This document shows positions 29,489-39,974 of a stretch of 64,000 nt of DNA, one piece after another. The stretch's first letter is position 1; the number at the start of each line of letters is the position of its first letter. Both the position numbers and the translations under genes were made by a program. The stretch is from an uncultured Bacteroidales bacterium (GTDB lineage: Bacteria > Bacteroidota > Bacteroidia > Bacteroidales > JAUNSR01), in NCBI GenBank assembly GCA_947074145.1, contig CAMTOJ010000004.1, forward strand, positions 20,177-84,176, given 5' to 3'. The notes beneath the pieces are model-generated. The model made no database searches. It was not told where the DNA came from and saw only the letters and a program-made list of their open reading frames with translations.

Positions 29489-30211
29489 ATGAAAACTAAT
29501 TTAGATGAGGACTCGTTCGGTAAAGGTCTTCTATCCTATTATAATGGTAATACACAAGCAAAATTTTCAGTTTACAGCGATATAGCTGATACGGAAAGAT
29601 GGCCAATATCTACATTTTTCAGGAAGTTTGAAACTATGCCTAAAAATGAACAGATAGCACTTTCAGATTGTATCGGCCGTGTACTTGATATAGGAGCCGG
29701 AGCCGGTAGTCATTCTTTATGGTTATCTGAACGCCACCACAAAGTGACCTCAATAGATATTTCTGAGGGTGCTGTAGAGGTAATGAAAAAAAGAGGCGTC
29801 GAGGATGCCAGACTTGTAAATTTCTTTGATTTTTCTTTAGAGAAATATGATACTCTTCTTCTATTGATGAATGGAATAGGTATTATACAGACATTAGACA
29901 GACTTCCTGAATTTTTCGCCAAAGCAAAAGAGTTGCTAAATGATAAAGGTTGTATAATTCTTGATTCATCAAATATTATTTACCTTTTCATGGAGGAGGA
30001 TGGCAGCGCGATGATTGATCTTAACTCTGATAAATATTATGGAGAATTGGAATACAGAATTGATTTTAGCAATCATCATGGCGTTCCTTTTAAATGGGTA
30101 TTTGTTGATTTCGAGACTTTATCTGAAACAGCATTAGAGAATGGTTTCAAATGTGAGAAAGTTTATGAAGATGATCATTATTTATATCTTGCAAAATTGA
30201 CATTATTGTAA
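29489..30211 (+). CDS. class I SAM-dependent methyltransferase, substrate unknown
   Basis: 240 aa, motif I VLDIGAGAGSHS. Confidence 0.65.
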   Translation: MKTNLDEDSFGKGLLSYYNGNTQAKFSVYSDIADTERWPISTFFRKFETMPKNEQIALSDCIGRVLDIGAGAGSHSLWLSERHHKVTSIDISEGAVEVMKKRGVEDARLVNFFDFSLEKYDTLLLLMNGIGIIQTLDRLPEFFAKAKELLNDKGCIILDSSNIIYLFMEEDGSAMIDLNSDKYYGELEYRIDFSNHHGVPFKWVFVDFETLSETALENGFKCEKVYEDDHYLYLAKLTLL

Positions 30212-30233
30212 ATCAAATATAATTTATAAAAAA

Positions 30234-30266
30234 AGGAAATATCGTTCGTTATGAATGATATTTCCT
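30234..30266. terminator. bidirectional terminator between the SAM-MTase gene and the A2M-like gene
   Basis: AGGAAATATC / GATATTTCCT stem flanked by A7 and T7. Confidence 0.7.
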
Positions 30267-30293
30267 TTTTTTATGGTTGAAATCTCAGTAAAT

Positions 30294-33200
30294 CTACTCA
30301 TTTATCTCCACAACACCACCTCTACTGTTTGCGGTAAACTGTGGAAGATAGACAGACTGTACGGTTGCAATACCGTCTACAAAACTTCCGGAATATGTAC
30401 AAAACATTCTATTTTCAAAAACGAATGTTCCTTTTGGCAGATAATCTATAAACAGATTGGTTGATGCATCTTTAGTCTCTTCATAATAGTTGACGCTTCT
30501 GTTAGTATTGTATCCTGAAATATATGAAGCAGGTGAAAAGCATGAAGCTCTTAAATCTTTTACTAAAACAAAAGAAACATCTCTTTCAGATGTGACCACT
30601 ATTCTTGAAACAACCACATCTCCTACGCTATACTCATTTGTTTTAACCAAACTCTCTTTTCCGTTTTCCTTTATCACCTTATAAAGTTCTTTTGTTATAC
30701 GGACCTCGTTGGATGTTGGTTTTATTTTATCATAACTTTGGAAGTATTGCCAATATGCAGCACCGAAACCGGGATGAGAAGAGTTCTGCTCAATCTTAAT
30801 ATTTGCCAATGACGGATTTAATGAATTTCCTGTAAATACAGAATCGACACTGCCTAAAACAGGCGAAGGCTTCAATTCAATCTTTCCGGCATACACTTCT
30901 GATGATTTTTCTGAAGATATCCAATTATCTCCTTGCATTAAAATACCGTAAATAGCATCAAGAGTTGTTGTGACATTGCTCCACATTACCGCTTGTTTCT
31001 CTGTCAATAGCCATTGTTTAAGTTTATTTATTTCCTGTGTATTGGTTCCTGCTGCAACTATTGCATTCATAAACATAACATGAGCAGATATAGCAGATGT
31101 ATTAGAGTTAAATATCGGTCTGTTATTTGGCCAATAGATTCCCTTATCTTTAGATGTTACAGAATATTTCTTAAGATCATTTACCAATTTATCTGCCTCA
31201 GATGTAAAACCAAAATTTCTGAAAGTAAGGGAATACAATGCCATCTCATATAAGGAGTGTTTCTTTTGTTTTCTCATATTATCGATAATATAGTTATGCG
31301 TTTCCAATGACTGCCCCAAAGGTATATCCATAAAATCACCTCTTAAATATGCCCAAAATATATCGGTAGAATTTGGAATATATTTTTTTGTCGGAAAATT
31401 CGCTTTGAAAGAATTAAATCTTGAACTCACCACATTATCGACATAGTTAAGAGCATGATTGATAATAATCCTCTCTTTTTCATTATACTCAACAGCCTCC
31501 ATTTTGATTAATCTTGAGAAATTGTCAAGAATATTCAATGTCAGATACAAGCTAGAAGTGCAGCCTTGACAATAAGAGAATCCTCCGTCATAATTTTGAA
31601 GTTTCTCAAGCAGATTTATGGCAGACTCTCGTACATTATTAATTCTATTTTCATCAAATAATGAGATTAAAGATTCAATATTCTCTTTTTCATTATTTGC
31701 CTCAAGAACCCACGGTGTTTGATTTAATATTAGATTCATCAACTCCTGATTTTTTATCAGATTTGATTCAAATCCGGACTCTTTAATTCCTGCTTTATTC
31801 CATAGTTTAATTGCATTTTCAATCTCAGGCACAGAATTAGCCAAATAGGAAGCAAGTGTATTTGAATAGAATGCTTTGATTGCGTTTATCGCGTTATTGT
31901 CTGTTACATCTTTTATTGCAGGCAATGCTTTTACAGCATACCATGCAGGGTTAGCGCAATACTCGATAATATATTTATAATTCGATTTTTCGTCTGTATA
32001 ATAATTCTTATCAAAGGACTTGAAATAGAAATTATTATTGCCCTGTTCGGTGTAAATACTCATTGATTCAGTTACAAGAGCCTTAGATGTAAGTACAGGA
32101 ACTACACTTTGTTCGCCATCACTAAACTTTCCGTCAGAACCGATAAACCTCACTCCCATCAATTCGCAACCTTTAGGTGCGGAAACTGCAAAAGTGATAG
32201 TTTTAGATGTTTGTGGATCAATATTAAATGGTTTCTTTGATCTACTTAATATTTCATTATTATACGGGTTGAATAATTCCATTATAATATCACCGTTAGA
32301 ACTTGTATCCTCAAGATTAGATAATATAACAGGAATATTTATTTTGTCGGAATCATAAATGAACAAAGGCATATTAGGTTTAACCATAAATTGTTTTGAG
32401 GTCTTTACCTTTGCTGTATATAGTGCCGACTGAAGCTCTTCTGTCACTGCAAGCATATTAAAATCCCATTCTGTTAATGCTTCAGGTGCGTTAAAGGAGA
32501 TAACTACATTGCCATCTTTATCTGTCATTAGATTAGGATAGAAGAATGCTGTCTCATCAAGGTTTTTTCGGAAGTTTCCTATTGGTGCGACATTTTCCGA
32601 TTTATTATTTCTTTTGCCACCTATAATACTAGAGGGCTCTACAAGGCTATATATCTCATTTGAAACCTCCTTTTCTTCTATTACACCATCAGAAACAGAA
32701 GCAACTGATTCGTATAATAAATCTTCTTTGTTAGACGCTGCTCTTGCTTTTAAAGATTTTGTCATAACGCCGGCAGATGAGGTATATAAATAATTTCTTA
32801 AAAATATGCCGGAAATATCAAAATCGCTTATTGATACTAATTCAGGAGCTTTACAATTAAGAAAAACTCTTTTTGAAAAGTTTATCTGAGAGTTATAAAT
32901 ATTTTTAGATCCTATATTAAATCTTCTTAAAGCTGGTTTTTTATCCAAATTAAAATTCCATACATTTTTTTGGAATTCATTAAGCGAAGCATCATACATT
33001 GATGCAAGCACTTGTGATTTAGCTATTGAGTCCCCTTTTTTTATAACAAATTCCCATTTCTCAGCCATTCCAGGAGTAAGTTTATCCCTGAATGATTTAG
33101 TTTCAATTCGTAATGGTTGTTCGTCAGATCTTCTTTCAAACCTAATAGTATTATAATAAAATTTCGAATCTTTCACAAAAGATAAAATCATTAAAACTGA

Positions 33201-36200
33201 TTCACCATACTCCTTTTTATAGGTGAAATCTATCTCTCTTATATTATTGGATATACTCTTTCTTTCATATAGTTCTCCATTATCCCCTATTATCTCACAT
33301 AGGATATTAACACCATCTAAAGAACTTCCGAAAATTACTTTTCCTTTTTCTCCGTATTTAAGGTTTATATTTTTTGAATAAATAAGAAGATCTACATCAT
33401 TAAATGGTATCTTTTTTATTGTCTCATCTATAACTGAAACTATCTCATAAGTATCATAAGAAACTCCTCTATATTTATAACTTGCTTTAAAAATATAATT
33501 TTCACTACCTTCAATATCTTGCGAAAAATCATAACTTTTATTTATCGTCACATCATTATGATAGTACACTTTAAGTTTATCATTAATAATAATAGAGTCG
33601 CAGAAAGCGGAAAGAGAAGATTCCAAAATCTCATTATTTTTTAGATAAGACGAAATATTTGTAGACACCCGTTTATCTAATTTATAAGCTGTAAAACTTC
33701 CATAACTATCCTTATTAAATATCATTGGAACTCCTATTTGAAATTTACTAAGTTTATCTTTTTGAATAAAACGTATGATATCAGGGCTTTTAAGTACTGA
33801 TAAATAACCGGAAGAAGTAATACCATAGAAAAGATCTGAAAACGTGGGCTTTAAACTAAATTGAGGGTCTAAGATATTAATTCTCTTATATGCATTTATA
33901 ATATTACCGGCGGCATCAGTGACTATTATACTTATATTGAAACTTCCGGAATTAATATCAAATAGTTTTGAAAAGGGAACTTCTATAGGAAACTTGATTT
34001 GAAATTCTCCTGCTTGATTTGCTTCAATCTCACTTTGTTTTATTTCGAAAGAGTCTCCCCATCCATTAAGTGAATATCTGATATTATAATTTAATAAAGC
34101 ACCTGATAAAGGAGCTCCGGAATATGTCTTGACTGTTCCTTTTAGGTCAACGGTATCCCCCCATAGGCAAAATTTTTGATCCTCTTCAAAATCAAGTGTC
34201 ATTATAGGACGTTTGTAATCCTCAACTAGAAAACTTTTTTGACTATTGTTGACATTAATAGAAAACTCTCCGTTAAGTGTATTTTGAGGAAGATTAAATG
34301 TTCCCCATATTGCACCATAACTATCTGTTACCAGAGATTTTTTCGAGACTACATTATTGTTAACATCTCTTAGCTCAACCTCCAAATTTTTATTTTTTGC
34401 AGGAATATATTCGTTGTCTTTGTATTGGGAATCAAAAATCTTAAAATGCATGATTTGTCCCGGTCTATATACTGATCTGTCAAGAAGAATATTATAAGAA
34501 TTACCCGAAGTAGAACCATAATTTCTATAACTACCAAATGCTCTTGATATAGGGAAATATATATCAGCACCTTTGCTGACTTTATAAAACAAAACATTTT
34601 GTGAGGGAACAGGGATCTCAACAATACCAAGTTTATTGGTTTTGTAACTAGCCTTTTTGGAGTATTTATCTTTTTGGGAAGCTATATTTTGATCGTAAAT
34701 ATCCACTACGGCATTCGCTTCAGGTTTACCAGTTTTAGAATTTGTTATAACGAAAATTCCTTTATTTTCAGCTATTGTATAATAAGCAAAGAGAGAACTT
34801 ACGGTAAAGGAGATTTTTTTTATGGGATTGTTTTCCCGAAACTCATCTTTATCGAAAAGTTCGATAGGAGTATATAAAGGTTTTATTTCAACATTATATT
34901 CACCAAAGTCAAGCTGGGATATATATAATGTAGTATCCTCTTTATTTATAGTTACATTTTTATCCAAATCAAAATTTGCTGAATAAACCTTATCACCCTT
35001 TTCATTAAAAACAGTCATTAGAAATGAAGTAACATTTTTATATTGTATTTCTATAGGAACATTTTTTGTAACTGGTGAGAGTTCTTTAATAGACACACTT
35101 AAAGAAGCGGAATATAGATTTATCAATCTCTTCTTAATACTACAAACCAAATAATTATCGCTATATCTCTCAGACAATGGTTTTAAATAATTGACAAGCT
35201 CTGTAATCTTATTTTCATTTATTTTATTTTTTGAACTTGCATTTGTTGAAATATCATCAGGTAAAAGTTCCGTTAAATAAAAATCAGCAACATATAATGA
35301 TAATGGAAAACTTTCAATATGATCATTTGTTGTAATGAAGTTTAAGCACTGGTCCGAGTTTTTATATTTATCAAAAAATGAAACTATCTTATCAAAGTAA
35401 GTTTGATTTATGAATTTATTATAATTTGAAGTAGCGATGTTTCTACCATAAGAATTATATTTTAACAGGTTGGTTAGATCTGTATATTTTTTTATCTCAT
35501 AAACTATTGATGATGGTTCCGATCTATTTACTCCGATTAGTTCAGAATAGGCATTAAGAAACAGCACAATAAGGGTATTCTTACAGAAATCAGGTTTAAC
35601 GAATTCATGATTTTCATTAAACATAAAATCAATCTGATTTTTACTCAGATAAAAAATATAATTATTATTGTTTTGTGACAACAATAAATTATTAATCATA
35701 TCTATTGATTTTAAGTATATCAAATCAGATGCCTTCTGATTTTTAAATCTGTATATATTTTCCTTATTAAAATCTGTGAATCTCTCTATTGATTGAAATG
35801 GTATATCTTTTACAAGTGAAGCATTATGCAGAGCCTCTTTAATATATTTTTCAACTTGCGAAGTAAAATTCCCTTTACTCCACTCCTTTATATCTTCGAG
35901 CTTATCATTGACAAGCTCAGTTCTTTCATCAATAGCATACCTGTTGTCTCTATAATAAAGATTAAGTATATCTGCCATATAAACAGATGATAAAGCTTTT
36001 GTCAAATATGAATCAGAGTTTTTATAAAGATTGTCAAGTTTTTGTAGATACAATACAACAGAGTCTTTATCAATCGATATTGAAGAGTGAACCTTTCTCA
36101 TCAATTGATATAGTTGATCGGTCTCGGGGTATGATTTTAGAGGAACCATATTCAGTGTTGTGGGAGCAGATGAATTTGTTGCAATTTCAGGAGAGATAAA

Positions 36201-36347
36201 GGGTGCGTAAATACTGTTTGAATTATAGGTCCCTCCTTTCTTCGTAATGGTATTAGTTCCATATATATGTAAAGAATGAGCGGAGCAAAAAATGAGTGCA
36301 ATGAATAAAAATGTTTTGTATAGTAAATGCTTCATAAAGTCAATCAT
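30294..36347 (-). CDS. giant alpha-2-macroglobulin family (MG-domain) protein, apparently without thioester
   Basis: 2017 aa with signal peptide. A2M hallmark ETAFFYPNLMTDKDGNVVISFNAPEALTEWDF. TED-like alpha/alpha region (YDGGFSYCQG...). The expected CxEQ position reads EYCANPAW. Confidence 0.75.
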   Translation of the reverse strand: MIDFMKHLLYKTFLFIALIFCSAHSLHIYGTNTITKKGGTYNSNSIYAPFISPEIATNSSAPTTLNMVPLKSYPETDQLYQLMRKVHSSISIDKDSVVLYLQKLDNLYKNSDSYLTKALSSVYMADILNLYYRDNRYAIDERTELVNDKLEDIKEWSKGNFTSQVEKYIKEALHNASLVKDIPFQSIERFTDFNKENIYRFKNQKASDLIYLKSIDMINNLLLSQNNNNYIFYLSKNQIDFMFNENHEFVKPDFCKNTLIVLFLNAYSELIGVNRSEPSSIVYEIKKYTDLTNLLKYNSYGRNIATSNYNKFINQTYFDKIVSFFDKYKNSDQCLNFITTNDHIESFPLSLYVADFYLTELLPDDISTNASSKNKINENKITELVNYLKPLSERYSDNYLVCSIKKRLINLYSASLSVSIKELSPVTKNVPIEIQYKNVTSFLMTVFNEKGDKVYSANFDLDKNVTINKEDTTLYISQLDFGEYNVEIKPLYTPIELFDKDEFRENNPIKKISFTVSSLFAYYTIAENKGIFVITNSKTGKPEANAVVDIYDQNIASQKDKYSKKASYKTNKLGIVEIPVPSQNVLFYKVSKGADIYFPISRAFGSYRNYGSTSGNSYNILLDRSVYRPGQIMHFKIFDSQYKDNEYIPAKNKNLEVELRDVNNNVVSKKSLVTDSYGAIWGTFNLPQNTLNGEFSINVNNSQKSFLVEDYKRPIMTLDFEEDQKFCLWGDTVDLKGTVKTYSGAPLSGALLNYNIRYSLNGWGDSFEIKQSEIEANQAGEFQIKFPIEVPFSKLFDINSGSFNISIIVTDAAGNIINAYKRINILDPQFSLKPTFSDLFYGITSSGYLSVLKSPDIIRFIQKDKLSKFQIGVPMIFNKDSYGSFTAYKLDKRVSTNISSYLKNNEILESSLSAFCDSIIINDKLKVYYHNDVTINKSYDFSQDIEGSENYIFKASYKYRGVSYDTYEIVSVIDETIKKIPFNDVDLLIYSKNINLKYGEKGKVIFGSSLDGVNILCEIIGDNGELYERKSISNNIREIDFTYKKEYGESVLMILSFVKDSKFYYNTIRFERRSDEQPLRIETKSFRDKLTPGMAEKWEFVIKKGDSIAKSQVLASMYDASLNEFQKNVWNFNLDKKPALRRFNIGSKNIYNSQINFSKRVFLNCKAPELVSISDFDISGIFLRNYLYTSSAGVMTKSLKARAASNKEDLLYESVASVSDGVIEEKEVSNEIYSLVEPSSIIGGKRNNKSENVAPIGNFRKNLDETAFFYPNLMTDKDGNVVISFNAPEALTEWDFNMLAVTEELQSALYTAKVKTSKQFMVKPNMPLFIYDSDKINIPVILSNLEDTSSNGDIIMELFNPYNNEILSRSKKPFNIDPQTSKTITFAVSAPKGCELMGVRFIGSDGKFSDGEQSVVPVLTSKALVTESMSIYTEQGNNNFYFKSFDKNYYTDEKSNYKYIIEYCANPAWYAVKALPAIKDVTDNNAINAIKAFYSNTLASYLANSVPEIENAIKLWNKAGIKESGFESNLIKNQELMNLILNQTPWVLEANNEKENIESLISLFDENRINNVRESAINLLEKLQNYDGGFSYCQGCTSSLYLTLNILDNFSRLIKMEAVEYNEKERIIINHALNYVDNVVSSRFNSFKANFPTKKYIPNSTDIFWAYLRGDFMDIPLGQSLETHNYIIDNMRKQKKHSLYEMALYSLTFRNFGFTSEADKLVNDLKKYSVTSKDKGIYWPNNRPIFNSNTSAISAHVMFMNAIVAAGTNTQEINKLKQWLLTEKQAVMWSNVTTTLDAIYGILMQGDNWISSEKSSEVYAGKIELKPSPVLGSVDSVFTGNSLNPSLANIKIEQNSSHPGFGAAYWQYFQSYDKIKPTSNEVRITKELYKVIKENGKESLVKTNEYSVGDVVVSRIVVTSERDVSFVLVKDLRASCFSPASYISGYNTNRSVNYYEETKDASTNLFIDYLPKGTFVFENRMFCTYSGSFVDGIATVQSVYLPQFTANSRGGVVEINE

Positions 36348-36730
36348 TATTAAGAAAACAAGAAATATTTGTAAATATTATGTAAATCTACATCAAAAAA
36401 ATTCAAGAAAAACTGTTTTAAGCTGTTTGTTAATTGTTTCATTAGGTATGAACTATGAAAATCTTAAATATTGATCTTTAAAGAGTCAATTTACTTCAAT
36501 TCCTATTACACATTTACTTAATCTTAGTATGTGGATCTCTCATAAATACACCTTATAGAATAGATTATATCGCGTTCTTTTTAAAAAACAAGAAGAGTTT
36601 GCAAAATATGTTATATACAACATAAAACAGTAATTTTTAGTGAAATCGGATATGATTAAAAAATAAACCTTTAACATTAGTCAGTGTTATAAAAACAGTA
36701 AAACAACTGTTTGAATAATAAAATATTGCT

Positions 36731-38149
36731 ATGGAAAAAAGATCAGATATTGCGGTGATCGGATTGGGTGTTATGGGGCAAAATATAGCTCAGAATTTTG
36801 AAAGAAACGGATATGTTGTAACGGTATTTAACCATCATCCTGAGATAACTGCGCAATTTATGGAAAGTGTCGGAAATGGACGAAACTTCTTTCCTGCATT
36901 TACACCAAAACAAATTATTGAATCTCTTGAGAGACCGAGGAAAATATTTTTAATGATTAAGGCCGGAGATCCGGTAGATGAGATTATCGATAGTCTGCTA
37001 AGTATCACTGATTATGGAGACTTGATAATAGACGGTGGTAACTCATATTATAAAGATACTGAACGCAGATGTAAAGATCTGGAAAGTAAAGGACGAATAT
37101 TTATTGGTTGCGGTGTCTCAGGTGGAGCTGAAGGAGCTTTAAATGGTCCGGCTATGATGCCCGGAGGAATGAAAGAAGGGTGGCCAATGGTAAAAGATAT
37201 GTTTGAAAAAATTGCGGCTAAGGCACCTGACGGTACTCCATGTTGTAAATGGATAGGTCCGGGAGGATCAGGTCACTTTGTTAAAATGGTACATAACGGT
37301 ATTGAATATGGAGATATTCAGTTGATATCAGAAACATACTTTCTGCTTAAGAAATTGTTCGGATATACAAATGAGAAAATGTCGGATATCTTTAAAAATT
37401 GGAATGATAGCAAATTATCGAGTTATCTGATTGACATAACATCTAAGATTTTACAATTTAAGGAGGGGGACGGAAAATATCTTATAGATAAAATTCTCGA
37501 TGTAGCAGAACAAAAAGGAACAGGAGCATGGAGTGTAATATCTGCAACTGAACTTGATTGCTCAATATCAGTAATTACGGAATCTGTAACTCAAAGATTT
37601 TTATCTTCTGAAAAAGCTCTTAGGTCTGAGCTTTCATATACATATCCAAGAGAGAATATAATTCTTAAACATGAGAAAAATCATATCATAGAGCTTGAAA
37701 AAGCATTATATGGGTCCAAATTAATATGTTACACTCAAGGTTTTTGTTTATTAAAAAAAGCTTCTGAAGAGTATAATTGGCATTTAAATCTATCGGAAAT
37801 AGCATCAATATGGAGAGCAGGATGTATAATAAGATCGGTATTTCTTGAAAATATCATTAATGCTTACCAAAAGGACGCTCATCTGAAATCTTTACTTGAT
37901 GACATATTCTTTATTACATCTCTTAAAGAGGCCCTAAATTCATGGAAAAGAATCAGTGAACTTGCTATGCAACATGAAATTGCAATTCCAGCTCACACTT
38001 CTGCTTTAAATTATTTTTATAGCATTTCAAGTGAATTCTTACCCGCAAATCTTATTCAGGCCCAAAGAGATTATTTTGGATCTCATATGTTTGAAAGAAA
38101 TGATACTACAAGAGGTCAGTTTTTCCATAACGATTGGAAGAAAATTTAA
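36731..38149 (+). CDS. gnd: 6-phosphogluconate dehydrogenase (decarboxylating)
   Basis: 472 aa. IGLGVMGQN Rossmann motif, GPGGSGHFVKMVHNGIEYGDIQLI. Confidence 0.95.
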   Translation: MEKRSDIAVIGLGVMGQNIAQNFERNGYVVTVFNHHPEITAQFMESVGNGRNFFPAFTPKQIIESLERPRKIFLMIKAGDPVDEIIDSLLSITDYGDLIIDGGNSYYKDTERRCKDLESKGRIFIGCGVSGGAEGALNGPAMMPGGMKEGWPMVKDMFEKIAAKAPDGTPCCKWIGPGGSGHFVKMVHNGIEYGDIQLISETYFLLKKLFGYTNEKMSDIFKNWNDSKLSSYLIDITSKILQFKEGDGKYLIDKILDVAEQKGTGAWSVISATELDCSISVITESVTQRFLSSEKALRSELSYTYPRENIILKHEKNHIIELEKALYGSKLICYTQGFCLLKKASEEYNWHLNLSEIASIWRAGCIIRSVFLENIINAYQKDAHLKSLLDDIFFITSLKEALNSWKRISELAMQHEIAIPAHTSALNYFYSISSEFLPANLIQAQRDYFGSHMFERNDTTRGQFFHNDWKKI

Positions 38150-38234
38150 AGAGATTACTATTTCTAAGATATAAAAAGGCAATAACCTATAATCTATATT
38201 TGATTATAGGTTATTGTATATAATATGATAGACA

Positions 38235-39905
38235 ATGACTGATATTAAAGAAAAGAGTGTAAACCCTTTCATTATGATTATTTTCGGAGGTTCCGGCGAT
38301 TTAACATTAAAAAAAGTGATACCCTCCATATATGAGTTATATAAGAGGAACCTTTTACCGGACTCTTTTTTTATCTATTCTTTGGCAAGAAGTGAATTTA
38401 CAACAATTTCATACAAAGAAAAGGTAAAGATTAATCTCGAAAAAAAATTAAGAGAGAAGGCCGAATTAATTACTCAACTCTCTAAAGACAAGAAGAAAGC
38501 TTGTCATGAAAATCATGATGATGAGGGTTTTGTAGTAAAAGAAATAGATCATTCTAAGACAGAAAAAGAAAAGAGCACATTTGATACTATAACTGATAAT
38601 GGAAATAGTATCGATAAATTTTTGGACAAAATCGAATATATAAGAAGAGATCCTAATGAACTTGAGACATTTACTTTTTTAAAAGAAATTCTGGAAAGTA
38701 AGGTTTCTGAATTATTAATAGAACCAAATTATCTTTTCTATCTTGCGACCCCTCCTATTCTTTATGAGCCTGTTATTGAAAATATAGCAAAAACGGGAAT
38801 AAATAAAGAATCAGGAAATAAATATTGGAGAAGGATCATCATAGAAAAACCTTATGGTCATAATTTGGAAAGTGCAATGCATTTAGAGAAGATAGTGCGT
38901 AAATCATTCCATGAGAAACAAATATTTCGCATAGATCATTATCTTGGGAAAGAGACTATTCAAAACATTCTTGTTTTCAGATTTTCAAATGGGATATTTG
39001 AACCTTTGTGGAATAGAAATTATATCTCATATATTGAGATTACTGCCGTTGAAAAAGATGGAGTATTGAATAGAGGTAAATATTACGATTCCTCGGGTGC
39101 CTTAAGAGATATGGTTCAAAATCATTTGATGCAAATACTAGGGTTGATAGCAATGGAACCTCCGGTAAGATTCGATCAGGATATGTTTCGCAATGAGATG
39201 GACAAAGTGATAGAATCTCTACGTCCTATAGAGAAAAAAGATGTTCCAAATTATGTAGTTCGTGGTCAATACATAAAATCAGATATAAAGGATGTCAAGT
39301 CTTATAGAGAAGAGGAATATATAAATAAAGAATCTAAAACAGAAACCTTCGTTGCAATGAAATTGTTTGTTGACAATTGGCGATGGTATGATGTTCCTTT
39401 TTATATAAGGACCGGAAAGGCAATGCCAACCAAAGCAACAGAGATAGTTATTCATTTCAAAAATACACCTTTTCAGATCTTCAAGAAGAAAAACTCAAAA
39501 TTTGACAGCAATAAGCTTATAATAAGGGTTCAACCTGATGAGGGAATAGTGATGCAATTTGGAGTAAAACGTCCCGGAGATGAATTCATTGTTCAACCGG
39601 TAACAATGGATTTTAAATATGATAAGATAAAAGATTCCGATATATTCGAAGCTTATGCCAAGCTTATTCTGAATTGTCTTCAGGGTGATGCTATGTTATT
39701 TTCTCGTGAAGATATCGTAAAATCATCATGGCGATTTATCAACCCTATCCTATCGGCATGGGAGAATAATCAATCAATTAAATTATATGGTTATCCATAT
39801 GGTTCCTGGGGACCGTTGGAGGCAAATCATCTTATCCCGGATAACAGTTCATGGAGTAATCCATGTAAGAATCTTACAGATACAGAGTCTTATTGTCTTT
39901 TATAA
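38235..39905 (+). CDS. zwf: glucose-6-phosphate 1-dehydrogenase, with a roughly 55-aa charged insertion
   Basis: 556 aa. IFGGSGDL NADP motif, active-site RIDHYLGKE, DMVQNHLMQIL. Confidence 0.95.
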   Translation: MTDIKEKSVNPFIMIIFGGSGDLTLKKVIPSIYELYKRNLLPDSFFIYSLARSEFTTISYKEKVKINLEKKLREKAELITQLSKDKKKACHENHDDEGFVVKEIDHSKTEKEKSTFDTITDNGNSIDKFLDKIEYIRRDPNELETFTFLKEILESKVSELLIEPNYLFYLATPPILYEPVIENIAKTGINKESGNKYWRRIIIEKPYGHNLESAMHLEKIVRKSFHEKQIFRIDHYLGKETIQNILVFRFSNGIFEPLWNRNYISYIEITAVEKDGVLNRGKYYDSSGALRDMVQNHLMQILGLIAMEPPVRFDQDMFRNEMDKVIESLRPIEKKDVPNYVVRGQYIKSDIKDVKSYREEEYINKESKTETFVAMKLFVDNWRWYDVPFYIRTGKAMPTKATEIVIHFKNTPFQIFKKKNSKFDSNKLIIRVQPDEGIVMQFGVKRPGDEFIVQPVTMDFKYDKIKDSDIFEAYAKLILNCLQGDAMLFSREDIVKSSWRFINPILSAWENNQSIKLYGYPYGSWGPLEANHLIPDNSSWSNPCKNLTDTESYCLL

Positions 39906-39974
39906 TTTACTTTTCACTTGTATATATCAGTATTTTGTGCGAAAATTGCAAAAAAAATCACAATTACTATTTTA

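Noticed and set aside
30255-36474. Short ORFs inside or at the edges of the A2M-like gene (30255..30464, 30490..30684, 31014..31253, 34370..34877, 35987..36199, 36292..36474).
   Set aside because: They are alternative-frame or antisense ORFs within a continuous 2017-codon frame. They are low complexity with no motifs.
39918-39974. TTG-initiated 19-codon extension of the GT90 ORF.
   Set aside because: Non-ATG start 13 nt after the zwf stop with a hydrophobic junk-like sequence. The in-frame ATG at 39975 is more plausible. Unresolved without experimental data.
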